From assembly GCA_001189075.1 (NCBI GenBank), contig LFCN01000006.1:81605-145604 (forward strand): a DNA stretch of 64,000 nt, read 5' to 3'. Numbering within the stretch: the first letter of the stretch is position 1; the number at the start of each line of letters is the position of its first letter. Made by a program: the position numbers and the translations under genes. Below the pieces are notes generated by a model. That model was not told the origin of the DNA. It worked only from the letters and a program-made list of their open reading frames with translations, and did not search any database. Shown here piece after piece: positions 37,524 through 46,567 of the stretch. The stretch comes from Parcubacteria bacterium C7867-004 (GTDB lineage Bacteria; Patescibacteriota; Minisyncoccia; Phycocordibacterales; Phycocordibacteraceae).

Positions 37524-38150
37524 ATGGAAACCGCTATTTTTACCGTTATCGTGCTCATTGTCTCGGTTATTCTCCATGAGGTGGCCCATGGCTACGCGGC
37601 CAATGCGCTTGGGGATCCTACGGCTAAGCTTGAGGGTCGCTTGAGCCTCAATCCGGTGCGCCATGTAGACCCAATAGGATCGGTACTCCTTCCGGCGATA
37701 CTCGTTCTCTCGCAGTCCTCGTTTCTGTTCGGATGGGCAAAGCCGGTTCCGTATAATCCTTACAATTTACGGAATCAGCGGTGGGGCGAGGCCATCGTCG
37801 GTATCGCGGGAGTTGCGACTAACCTGTTTCTCGCTGTTCTCTTTGCGCTCGTTGCGCGCGCTACCCTGGCAGCCGGAATGTTTGAATTCGCGCAGCTCGC
37901 ATCGCTCGTGGTGCTGGTTAATCTTTCGCTCGGTCTCTTCAATCTGCTCCCGATTCCGCCACTCGATGGATTTACGGTATTGCGGGGCATCCTTCCCTAC
38001 AAAATGTCGATGGGTTTCCGCGAGCTTGAAGACCGGATACAGCAAGGAGGCATCCTCTCTCTTATCATCATCCTGTTCCTGTTTTCGTACTTCCTTTCAA
38101 AACCTTTTGGAGCCTTGATCCTGTACGTCTTCAATGTGTTAGTCGGATAG
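37524..38150 (+). CDS. Site-2 protease family zinc metalloprotease (M50)
   Basis: HEVAHG (HExxH) in TM1 and a second block NLLPIPPLDG. Confidence 0.8.
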   Translation: METAIFTVIVLIVSVILHEVAHGYAANALGDPTAKLEGRLSLNPVRHVDPIGSVLLPAILVLSQSSFLFGWAKPVPYNPYNLRNQRWGEAIVGIAGVATNLFLAVLFALVARATLAAGMFEFAQLASLVVLVNLSLGLFNLLPIPPLDGFTVLRGILPYKMSMGFRELEDRIQQGGILSLIIILFLFSYFLSKPFGALILYVFNVLVG

Positions 38151-38153
38151 CGC

Positions 38154-38807
38154 ATGAAAGAAACGAAGCTTCCGCGAGAAACCGTAGAGAAAGCGCTCTC
38201 GTTAGCTTCGCTCGTGCTCGAGTTCGGGCAGACCAATCGTGTTACGCACTATCCTGACGGCGTTACGCTTGAATCGGACACCGATCACACGGTGATGCTT
38301 GGGATCATAGCGTGTGCGTTCGCAAAGGAACACGCACCGCATCTTGATACTGGAAAGATTGCCGAGTTCGCACTCGTGCATGACCTCGTTGAGGTGTATG
38401 CGAAAGATACGCCTATGTTCGGTATGAAGAATGAGGCGTATACGAAAGATAAGGAAGAGCGCGAGTCTCTCGCCCTCGAACGAATCAAGCGTGAGTACGA
38501 CAGCGTGTTCCCCTGGATAGCGGAAACTATTGAAGAGTATGAATCGCTCAAGACGCCGGAAGCGCGATTCGTAAAAGTCTTTGATAAGGTGCTGCCGAAG
38601 CTGGTACACATTTTGAATAGGGGAGTGACCGTGAAGTCGCTCGGACATACGCGCCAGAGCACGACCGAATTTCATGAGTATCAATACGAGAAGATCAAGG
38701 CGGGATACGGAGGCGATCAACCGGAAGCACTCGATCTCTTGTGGGCAGCACACCTCCTATCGGATGAAATGCTTGCAGAACTTGAACCTCTTTGGAACGA
38801 TCAATAG
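38154..38807 (+). CDS. HD-domain phosphohydrolase (YfbR-like 5'-nucleotidase family)
   Basis: RVTHYPDGVTLESDTDHTVML...LVHDLVEVYAKD matches the H...HD...D metal-binding pattern. Confidence 0.75.
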   Translation: MKETKLPRETVEKALSLASLVLEFGQTNRVTHYPDGVTLESDTDHTVMLGIIACAFAKEHAPHLDTGKIAEFALVHDLVEVYAKDTPMFGMKNEAYTKDKEERESLALERIKREYDSVFPWIAETIEEYESLKTPEARFVKVFDKVLPKLVHILNRGVTVKSLGHTRQSTTEFHEYQYEKIKAGYGGDQPEALDLLWAAHLLSDEMLAELEPLWNDQ

Positions 38808-38868
38808 TCTAAGTGTATAGAAAAGGAAAAGAGCGATGCACCGTTTGATGCATCGCCCCGTCGTTCGT

Positions 38869-39264
38869 CTAGGAAGCGTCCCTGAGCGTCCGCGCGACGG
38901 CCAGCACGACCTTCTGGTCTCTGGGCGAGAGTTCGCCCATGATGAGCAGGGTGTCCTGCACATCCTGGGATTTCGCGAGCTCGAGCAGCTTGGCAAGCGA
39001 CGACTGGTCGTCCGGGTCCCCGGCAATCTCGCCGTGGAGTTCGGCGATCTTCCTGTCGACAGCTTTGGCGATCCGTCCCATCATGGAGCCGCTGACGCGG
39101 TTGGCGCCGCGCTCGTACTTCTGGATCTGCTGGAACGTCACCCCGCAGACTTCGGCGAGAGCCTGCTGGCTCAAGCCTCTCGCCTTCCGGAAAAGGCGAA
39201 TGCGGGCGCCGATCGCGACATCTGCCGGATCGGCCTTAGCTTCTGCGCGCTTGGCGCGCGACAT
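38869..39264 (-). CDS. XRE-family (HTH_3) transcriptional regulator, divergent from lexA
   Basis: IRLFRKARGLSQQALAEVCGVTFQQIQKYERGANRVS is a canonical HTH_3. Start at MSRAKRA. Confidence 0.75.
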   Translation of the reverse strand: MSRAKRAEAKADPADVAIGARIRLFRKARGLSQQALAEVCGVTFQQIQKYERGANRVSGSMMGRIAKAVDRKIAELHGEIAGDPDDQSSLAKLLELAKSQDVQDTLLIMGELSPRDQKVVLAVARTLRDAS

Positions 39265-39386
39265 CGTACTGGTCTCTTGGGCCACACTGGGCTCCTTACT
39301 GTTACGAACACAAATAGAATAACACATTAAATATAGTGTGTCTAGTATCCCAAACGGGAGATTCTCTCCCAGGCATGCCTGGTAAT

Positions 39387-39400
39387 CGAACAAATGTTCG
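39387..39400 (+). promoter_or_regulatory. LexA operator (Cheo/SOS box) CGAACAAATGTTCG immediately upstream of, and overlapping, the lexA start region
   Basis: Perfect match to the Gram-positive-type LexA box consensus CGAAC-N4-GTTCG. Confidence 0.7.
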
Positions 39401-39414
39401 AGTATGCTGGAATT

Positions 39415-39996
39415 ATGAGGAAAGATGGTTTCGCTTCAAGGAAAGGGAAAGTCATTACTTTCTATCGCGCGCATAAGCGCATGCCGAATGTTACGGAGCT
39501 TATGGAGATCTGTGGTCTCTCCTCCCGAAGCTCAGCATTCGCGGTCGCAGAACGCCTGGTAGAGGAAGGAGTCGCGGAGAAGGACCGGACGGGGAAGCTC
39601 CTGCCGACTGCGGCAATGTTCTCGCTTCCGTTGCTCGGACACGTTCGTGCCGGATTCGCGGCACCCGCAGAAGAAGAACTCGCCGATACGATCGGTATCG
39701 GCGACTACCTGCTTGGTAACGTGAACGCGAGCTACTTGCTCCAGGTGGAAGGGGACTCCATGCAGGATGCGGGGATTCTTAGTGGCGACATGGTTATCTT
39801 CGAACGCACGCAGGATTACAAGCCGGGCGATATCGTGGTCGCGCTTACGGAGGACGGCTATACGCTCAAGTATCTTCGTACACGCGGGAAGGTTTTCTAT
39901 CTCGAAGCAGCGAATGATCGGTATCCTGATATTTTTCCGTTGGAGGGGCAGATTATCGGCAAGGTAACCGCCATGTTCCGTCGCTATGGCCGCTAG
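39415..39996 (+). CDS. lexA: LexA repressor (HTH plus S24 peptidase)
   Basis: The GDSM and KxG catalytic dyad region (VEGDSMQDAGILSGDMV...GKV), an Ala-Gly cleavage site (VRAGFAAP) and an N-terminal wHTH. A start at 39394 is also possible. Confidence 0.85.
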   Translation: MRKDGFASRKGKVITFYRAHKRMPNVTELMEICGLSSRSSAFAVAERLVEEGVAEKDRTGKLLPTAAMFSLPLLGHVRAGFAAPAEEELADTIGIGDYLLGNVNASYLLQVEGDSMQDAGILSGDMVIFERTQDYKPGDIVVALTEDGYTLKYLRTRGKVFYLEAANDRYPDIFPLEGQIIGKVTAMFRRYGR

Positions 39997-41275
39997 CTAT
40001 CCCAAAGCCATAGTGCACTTCGACGGCGACGCGTTCTTCGCGTCGGTGCTGCAGATGATGGACCACACGCTACGCGGGAAGCCCGTCATCACGGGAGGCG
40101 AACGCGGTTCTGCGACGTCGCTTTCGTACGAAGCGAAAGCGCTGGGCCTGCATCGTGGCATGCCCATGCAGGAAATCAGACGCATTGCGCCCGAGGCTAT
40201 CATCGTCCCGTCGGACTACACGGCCTACTCGATATACGCGCGCCGGATGTATGCGATCGTGCGCGAGTTCACACCGAAAGTAGAGGAATACAGTATCGAC
40301 GAATGCTTCGCCGATATTACCGGGCTTGAGGACGCATTCGGCATGACGTATGCGGAGATAGTGCTTTGCATAAAGCAGAAACTTGAGCAGTCACTCGGCG
40401 TTACCTTCGGCGTCGGTCTCGCATCAAGTAAGACGCTCGCTAAAGTAGCGTCGAAATACCATAAGCCGGCGGGCCTCACACTGATCCCGACGGAACGTAT
40501 CGAAGAGATACTCGGACAGACTGCTATATATGACGTGTGGGGACTGGGCGGCGTCGGCGGGACGAAGCTGAACTCACTTGGGGTACCCACAGCTCTCGAT
40601 TTCATACGCAAAGACGACGGATGGCTCAAGGATAATGGGTTCGTAAAGCCGCAGCGCGATACCTGGCTCGAGCTTAAGGGGTACTACATCAATCCCGTCC
40701 GTGTCGGGAAGCATGGCGAGATAGGTTCCGTGATGAAGACGCGCACGTTCTCTCCGCCTTCCATGGAACGTTCGTTCATATTTTCTCAGTTATCGAAGAA
40801 CGTGGAAGCCGCATGCGTGAAACTTAGGCGTGCGGGGCTCAAGGCGAGGGCGCTCTCGTTCTATCTGAAGACGCAGGAGTTCACGTATCACGCGGTGCAG
40901 ATGGATTTGCCGGTCGCGCTTTCAACGGCGTCTGAGATGCTCGAATGTATCGAAAAGCGGTTTGATGAGGTGTATGCGACCGAGATCCTGTATCGTGCTA
41001 CCGGTGTTACGCTCCGTGCGCTGGTTACCGATAGTGCGCTTACGCCTGACCTGTTCGGAGAATTCGAGAAGCGGGTACAGAAGAACGGCTCATTCGATGC
41101 CCTCGATCGTCTTAATAAGAAGTATGGGAACAGCACCGTGTTCCTTGCTTCGAGTCTCCAGGCGCTTCGGGCTCCGGAGCTGCCGCGGGCTCGTAAACGA
41201 CGTAAGGGATTCCTGCGTCAGGATCTTGAGCATAAGAAGTCGCTCGACATCCCGTTCCTTGGGATTGCTCGCTGA
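39986..41275 (+). CDS. Y-family DNA polymerase (DinB/UmuC-like)
   Basis: IVHFDGDAFFASV...SIDECFADITG... are the Y-family palm motifs. Overlaps lexA by 11 bp. Confidence 0.85.
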   Translation: MAASYPKAIVHFDGDAFFASVLQMMDHTLRGKPVITGGERGSATSLSYEAKALGLHRGMPMQEIRRIAPEAIIVPSDYTAYSIYARRMYAIVREFTPKVEEYSIDECFADITGLEDAFGMTYAEIVLCIKQKLEQSLGVTFGVGLASSKTLAKVASKYHKPAGLTLIPTERIEEILGQTAIYDVWGLGGVGGTKLNSLGVPTALDFIRKDDGWLKDNGFVKPQRDTWLELKGYYINPVRVGKHGEIGSVMKTRTFSPPSMERSFIFSQLSKNVEAACVKLRRAGLKARALSFYLKTQEFTYHAVQMDLPVALSTASEMLECIEKRFDEVYATEILYRATGVTLRALVTDSALTPDLFGEFEKRVQKNGSFDALDRLNKKYGNSTVFLASSLQALRAPELPRARKRRKGFLRQDLEHKKSLDIPFLGIAR

Positions 41276-41311
41276 TCAGGTTGCCTGAAGCCGTTTTGGT
41301 ATAATGAGATT

Positions 41312-41956
41312 ATGAAGGTTACGAAATACGGGCACTCGTGCCTGCTTATCGAAGAAGGGAATGCTCGCATCATCACGGACCCGGGAATCTGGAATCCGAC
41401 GCCCGGTGCGGTTGATGTCGATGCGGTACTCATAACACATGAGCACCAGGACCATTTGGATATGGATCAGCTGAAGGAAATTCTTTCGCGCAATACTGGT
41501 GCCGTTGTCATTACGCATGAATCAGTGGGGAAGTTGCTTACGGAAGCGGGTATCGAATACACCACTATCGAGCCAGGAAGCCCGATTGATGTGAACGGCG
41601 TATCGGTCGAGAGCTTTGGGACCGAACACGCCATCGTCTATGGCGACTCGTCACCTTGCCGGAATACCGGTTTCCTCATTGGCGAGAAGCTCTTCGTGCC
41701 AGGTGACGCGCTGCATGACATTCCCTCGAAGTCTGTGGAAGTGCTCGCGCTTCCCACGGGTGGTCCTTGGATGCGCATGAATGAGGCCATCGACTATGCG
41801 AAGAAGGTCGCGCCGAAGATTGTCTTCCCGATACATGATGCGATGTATATCGAGGACTATCAGCGATGGCTTGTTCCAAGGGTTGTGGGCGGGAATCTGG
41901 AATCAGCAGGTATCGAACTCCGCGATATGCCAGACGGAAGCACGGAGGAGTTCTAG
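41312..41956 (+). CDS. MBL-fold metallo-hydrolase
   Basis: LITHEHQDHLD is the HxHxDH motif. Confidence 0.8.
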   Translation: MKVTKYGHSCLLIEEGNARIITDPGIWNPTPGAVDVDAVLITHEHQDHLDMDQLKEILSRNTGAVVITHESVGKLLTEAGIEYTTIEPGSPIDVNGVSVESFGTEHAIVYGDSSPCRNTGFLIGEKLFVPGDALHDIPSKSVEVLALPTGGPWMRMNEAIDYAKKVAPKIVFPIHDAMYIEDYQRWLVPRVVGGNLESAGIELRDMPDGSTEEF

Positions 41957-42375
41957 GGAGCTCGTTTCTTCTTTTCGGTGAATGATCGGTAGGCGATGAT
42001 TATTAAACTGATCGCCGTGAAGCAGATAGCCATGAACTGCGCGGTAGCGAGTTTCGAATAATCGAAGATCACGAAGAATGCGTTTGAGTTGTAATCGGGC
42101 GTGAGCAGTATCAAGAGGAGCGAGAGCGGCAGCCACCATCTCGCGAACTTGAACCATGCTTTGAACGCTGAATCTGAGACGACGAGCAGGATGACACTCG
42201 GGATCACGAAGGCGGCAGAAAACAGGTAATAGGGTGTTACGAATATCTCGAAGAGATAATTGAACACGCCACGCAGCGGGCAGCCGGTTATCGAGTACAC
42301 GCACCAGATTGCGGCTTTATCGAGCGCGAATCCTAGCACGCACGCGAGCAGAGGGATGAATCGTATGGTTCTCAT
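41953..42375 (-). CDS. Hypothetical 4-TM membrane protein
   Basis: Hydrophobic 140-aa ORF. Confidence 0.45.
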   Translation of the reverse strand: MRTIRFIPLLACVLGFALDKAAIWCVYSITGCPLRGVFNYLFEIFVTPYYLFSAAFVIPSVILLVVSDSAFKAWFKFARWWLPLSLLLILLTPDYNSNAFFVIFDYSKLATAQFMAICFTAISLIIIAYRSFTEKKKRAP

Positions 42376-42404
42376 TGGTTCAATAATTATATAGCTAATT
42401 AAAG

Positions 42405-44897
42405 TTACTTCTTTAGTGGCTTCGGTAGCGTGGCGGGCGGCGTCTTAACGGGCGGCTTCCACGGCGCGTCTATCGTCTGGATGAGCGGCGCATAGACCAC
42501 GGTCTTTCCGAGACTCGGCACGAGTTGGTGGTCAACGGTGCCGTCGCCGTTCTCATCCACCGCAAGCGCAGACAAGTGTTCAATGTCACCGTTCACGACA
42601 AGGGTCGCGGTCGTCTTATTGGTGGTAGGGACTGCTGCAATAGTAGTCGACGCCGTTATCGAATTTCCGACCTGCCTTCTGATGTTGAGCGAGAAGGTAC
42701 CCGTCGCCTGTCCGCGAAGTTTAAGGGAATACGCTCGAGTTTCAGGAACTACGATGTATTTACTCTCACCGAGATCCCCGTACGAAGAACCGGGTATCTC
42801 TTCGCTTACGGTTCCGTCTGCACGAAGTCCCGTATAGTTTCCGTTTGAGTCACGTATTTCGAGAACGAGCGGCGAATGAAGAATGAATACCAGTTTCTTA
42901 CTTACATCAGTTGCCGCTGGTTGCGTGCCGGTTATGAATTGAGGAAGCGGTTCAAGAGATTCATCGCGAACGAGCTTCTCTATAAGCAACCGAACCGATT
43001 GGCTCTCAAGTAGGTTGCCGTGCGCATACTTCTTTCGAGCAATACGCTCAGTTTCTTTCAGGTCTACCCAGTATCGATGAGTCTGCGGGTTGCTCCGTAT
43101 TGCCAGCGCACTCGGTATCGTCACTACACCATCCCCATCTTCAACGAACTGAGGAGCGTATTCCTTCTTGTATCCAAGAAGCCCCGCCCCGCGCAGTCCG
43201 TCATACATCTCAATGCCTGAGACCGTGTCTTTGCCCCAACCTGCAATCTGGTATACGTCGATACCGGGTGATGGTGTCCATGAATCGAGAGCACTGTGCG
43301 CATCTTTCGCGTATTCGAGCAGATTCGGATAAAGAATCTCTTCAACGTCTACAAGAGGAGTCGCCGGATGTCCGCGACCATCACCACCCTTGAGGAAGTC
43401 ATAGAAATCCGCGACATTCGTGATCGTCTTCCCGTAGAGTGCCTGATCCGCGCCGTACATACGGTCACCCTTGAAGCTGATAAGCGGATGATCAGCATCA
43501 AGCGTGTCAGCTAGGTATCGAGCAGATGGGAGAAGCTCATACGCGCTGGGCATGGAGAGTGTGAATGCGCGAGCTTGTCCTCGATCGACGATGAAATCGC
43601 AGAAGAAGGAACCGAGTAGAGTCTTAGCGCAACTATCAAGCGGAAGCGATTGGCCATACCCATACAGAAGCGCGCCGATGGTCCTCGGCGCTCCCGTTTG
43701 TGGCGCACCGACGAGTATCAGCTTGTCGACGAGATCCGCATGCCCCTCTTGCTCGAGCTTCTGCACGAGCGCTTTAGCCACGAGCCCGCCGTGCGAGTAT
43801 CCGATGATCGTCACTTTTCCGGTCTTCGACGATTGCGCTAATTCCTTTAGTGTCTGTGTGATGTACGGCGAGCTCGTTTCGTCTTCGTAATAGATGCGAC
43901 CGTCTTCCACTCGGCCTTTCGAAACCAAATCACTAAGAGAGAGTCGCCAGTCATAGGAAACTACTCTCCACTCATTGAATAGATTTTCACTCTGCATCGC
44001 ATCGAGATTGTCGAAGAACGATTCAAGAATTCGGAGCGGTCCGATCGAGGTGATTACATCGTTTTCCTTCACGTATACGTCGTCGCTCTTGCTCAAGCCG
44101 CTCGGGTCAAGCGCAAGCTCGTCGAGGCTGCTGCCGAGAAGTGCAGGTTCCCAGAGTTTCTGTTCGGAACAGAATGCGCCGTTCGGATTACAGCGGTTCG
44201 AAGTTCGGTACAATCTCGACCCCTCGATGCCAGAAAGGAAGAGCACGTTCGATCCGACTGTTGGTTTGGACAGTACAGTCTCACCATCTGTTACGTTGAA
44301 CCAGGTGCCATCCTCGCGGACGTTGAATGACGGACCGCTTGCGAGAGTCGGCCACTCGGTATCGTTGATGAAATAGGCGTTCGGACGGAAACCGTTGAAG
44401 TTCCCGCTCAAATTGAGTAGTCCTTGATAGCTGCTCCACGAGAATCCGGGAGCGAGACCAGTGGTGTTCTTGATGATGTAGTAGAAAGGAGGCTCGAGAT
44501 ACTGATGCCAATCGACTCCGGGACCGGCGATCCTATGAACCAGTTCGTCGAGATTGAGGGGAACGAACGTGGCGATTCCGTCTTTGCATTCGGCTCGTTG
44601 TTGCACGCCCGGTATGCGTACCCAGTCCTCAACATGCCCGAAGTACAGGGTCGCGTCGGTACCGGTACAGGGGACGGAAACTCCCGGGATATCGCCGTTC
44701 GGTGCTATCTGGAGGGAAAGAGAAATCCCTGAGGTAGTTGCATGTGGCTGTGGCTCAGGGTCGGCGCTCTTATATATAGGTATCTCTACAGGAACAGAAT
44801 CGGTCGAGGTTGCTTCATCCGCCTGGGTTATAAGGGGAGAAAAGATGACAAAACCGAGGATACTGGCCGTTAGAGCGGTATTTAGGAACTTAATCAT
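42405..44897 (-). CDS. Large secreted alpha/beta-hydrolase of the LCAT/PGAP1-like lipase family (830 aa, signal peptide)
   Basis: Signal MIKFLNTALTASILGFVIFSPLITQA. WRVVSYDWRLS (the LCAT-family YDWR motif) and IIGYSHGGLVA (GxSxG nucleophile elbow), with ~300-aa N- and C-terminal extra domains. Confidence 0.7.
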   Translation of the reverse strand: MIKFLNTALTASILGFVIFSPLITQADEATSTDSVPVEIPIYKSADPEPQPHATTSGISLSLQIAPNGDIPGVSVPCTGTDATLYFGHVEDWVRIPGVQQRAECKDGIATFVPLNLDELVHRIAGPGVDWHQYLEPPFYYIIKNTTGLAPGFSWSSYQGLLNLSGNFNGFRPNAYFINDTEWPTLASGPSFNVREDGTWFNVTDGETVLSKPTVGSNVLFLSGIEGSRLYRTSNRCNPNGAFCSEQKLWEPALLGSSLDELALDPSGLSKSDDVYVKENDVITSIGPLRILESFFDNLDAMQSENLFNEWRVVSYDWRLSLSDLVSKGRVEDGRIYYEDETSSPYITQTLKELAQSSKTGKVTIIGYSHGGLVAKALVQKLEQEGHADLVDKLILVGAPQTGAPRTIGALLYGYGQSLPLDSCAKTLLGSFFCDFIVDRGQARAFTLSMPSAYELLPSARYLADTLDADHPLISFKGDRMYGADQALYGKTITNVADFYDFLKGGDGRGHPATPLVDVEEILYPNLLEYAKDAHSALDSWTPSPGIDVYQIAGWGKDTVSGIEMYDGLRGAGLLGYKKEYAPQFVEDGDGVVTIPSALAIRSNPQTHRYWVDLKETERIARKKYAHGNLLESQSVRLLIEKLVRDESLEPLPQFITGTQPAATDVSKKLVFILHSPLVLEIRDSNGNYTGLRADGTVSEEIPGSSYGDLGESKYIVVPETRAYSLKLRGQATGTFSLNIRRQVGNSITASTTIAAVPTTNKTTATLVVNGDIEHLSALAVDENGDGTVDHQLVPSLGKTVVYAPLIQTIDAPWKPPVKTPPATLPKPLKK

Positions 44898-45006
44898 GGT
44901 ACGCATGCCCGAAGGGTAGTATCCGGAAGATAAGAGGACGTTAAAATTAAGTACCAAGAATCCTGAAGTCGATGCATAACCTCGGAGAGCCGGTCCAGGC
45001 ACAGAC

Positions 45007-45035
45007 TTGCGCGAAAGTACGGCTTCTTATATAGT
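45007..45035 (+). promoter_or_regulatory. Sigma70-like promoter upstream of rpsL (TTGCGC-17-TATAGT)
   Basis: Hexamers with 17-nt spacing, 35 nt upstream of rpsL. Confidence 0.5.
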
Positions 45036-45070
45036 CTCAATGACTCCCACGCGGGGTTTTTCATTTCTCA

Positions 45071-45481
45071 ATGGCAACCATCAATCAGCTCACCAAGAAG
45101 GCGCGCAAGACCACTACCCGCAAGACGAAGGTAGTGGCCCTCGGTCGCGGCTTCAACACGCTTAAGAACCGCCCGACTTTCTATCCGGCCCCGTTCAAGC
45201 GTGGCGTGTGCGTGAAGGTGACCACCAAGACCCCGCGCAAGCCGAACTCGGCTATTCGTAAGATCGCTCGTGTTCGCCTCACCAACGGCATGGAGGTAAC
45301 TGCCTACATCCCGGGAGAGGGCCACAACCTTCAGGAGCACTCGGTGGTCATGCTTCGCGGCGGTCGCGTTAAGGACATTGGCGTGCAGTACACCATCGTC
45401 CGCGGACGCCTCGACACCGCCGGACTCGACAAGCGCCGCCGTGGTCGCTCGAAGTACGGAGCTAAGAAGCCGAAGGCGTAG
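45071..45481 (+). CDS. rpsL: 30S ribosomal protein S12
   Basis: S12 conserved blocks (PTINQL-like N-terminus, [12 protein letters not shown]...). Confidence 0.95.
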   Translation: MATINQLTKKARKTTTRKTKVVALGRGFNTLKNRPTFYPAPFKRGVCVKVTTKTPRKPNSAIRKIARVRLTNGMEVTAYIPGEGHNLQEHSVVMLRGGRVKDIGVQYTIVRGRLDTAGLDKRRRGRSKYGAKKPKA

Positions 45482-45498
45482 TCTTTTAGTACAGAATC

Positions 45499-45969
45499 AT
45501 GCGACATCCTCTCAAGAACAAATATCCTCGCCGCCCAGACCTGGTCTACAACTCGGAGGCTATCTCTCGTTTCATCAACACCGTCATGTGGGACGGCAAG
45601 AAGGACACCGCTCGCACGCTCGTGTATGGCGCGCTCGACATCATCAAGAACTCAGAGGGTAACCCTGATCCACTCGAGACGTTTGAGACCGCTATCCGCA
45701 ACGTCGCTCCGCTCATGGAGGTTCGTTCCCGCCGCGTCGGCGGTGCTAACTACCAGGTTCCTCGCGAGGTCCCGCAGCAGCGTCGTGTCGCGCTCGCGTA
45801 CCGCTGGCTCATCAATGCCGCTCGCGCCCAGAAGGGAAAGCCTATGGCTGAGCGCCTCGCGAGCGAGATCATGCTTGCTGTGAAGAACGAGGGTTCTGCT
45901 ATCAAGAAGAAGGACGACATGCACCGCATGGCTGATGCGAACAAGGCATTTGCTCACTTCGCTTGGTAA
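45499..45969 (+). CDS. rpsG: 30S ribosomal protein S7
   Basis: ...INTVMWDGKKDTARTLVYGALD...VRSRRVGGANYQVP... Confidence 0.95.
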   Translation: MRHPLKNKYPRRPDLVYNSEAISRFINTVMWDGKKDTARTLVYGALDIIKNSEGNPDPLETFETAIRNVAPLMEVRSRRVGGANYQVPREVPQQRRVALAYRWLINAARAQKGKPMAERLASEIMLAVKNEGSAIKKKDDMHRMADANKAFAHFAW

Positions 45970-45992
45970 TACAGGGTATTCGATAGAAAAGA

Positions 45993-46022
45993 TCAGCGGC
46001 CAAAAGGCCGCTTTTCGTTTTC
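45993..46022 (+). terminator. Intrinsic terminator after rpsG (agcggcc-aaaa-ggccgct plus TTTTCGTTTT)
   Basis: Perfect 7-bp stem and a T-run. Confidence 0.7.
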
Positions 46023-46056
46023 ACTATATAGAAAAACAGCGCGGGTCAGGCGCTGC

Positions 46057-46395
46057 TCACTCTTTGTGCGGTTGAGGAAGATACTTCTCAAGGTGATATC
46101 CCTGAGAAGAGAGATCAATCCAGCGGTCCCAGGCGACCCAGGCTTCTTCACCTCTGGTGGCTATCGTGAGACGTCTGCCGTCACGTTCTCCCCATGCGTA
46201 CAGACGTTCTTTCGATCGTTCGCACGGGCCACCGCGGCGTATGTCCTCAAGCACTTCCAGAATCCCCATGGAAATGACATTGCGCTTTTTCGAATTACGT
46301 ATTTCTGTAGCGCCGAGAGCGTCGATTTGCCTTCGGAAGCCCATTTCGAGCAACACACGCACGTATACCGGTGGCAGGATCGTCGTATCCATCAC
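46057..46395 (-). CDS. Hypothetical protein, 112 aa, encoded antisense between rpsG and fusA
   Basis: ORF with SD (GGGGG-N5-ATG) and its own minus-strand terminator (46031..46056). Confidence 0.45.
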   Translation of the reverse strand: MMDTTILPPVYVRVLLEMGFRRQIDALGATEIRNSKKRNVISMGILEVLEDIRRGGPCERSKERLYAWGERDGRRLTIATRGEEAWVAWDRWIDLSSQGYHLEKYLPQPHKE

Positions 46396-46567
46396 AACCC
46401 CCGAAAAATAGAACGATGCCCCGAGAAGAGCATCTGTTCCTTAGGATAGCACCTCGGTCCCGAGGTAGGAATCTAAGCCGTTACTAACGCTTCGTTTGCT
46501 TTTTGTCCTTATTTTCCGTATCTTATAGGTAATAGCCGCGGGGCTTTTATTTTTATCTATCCTTCTT

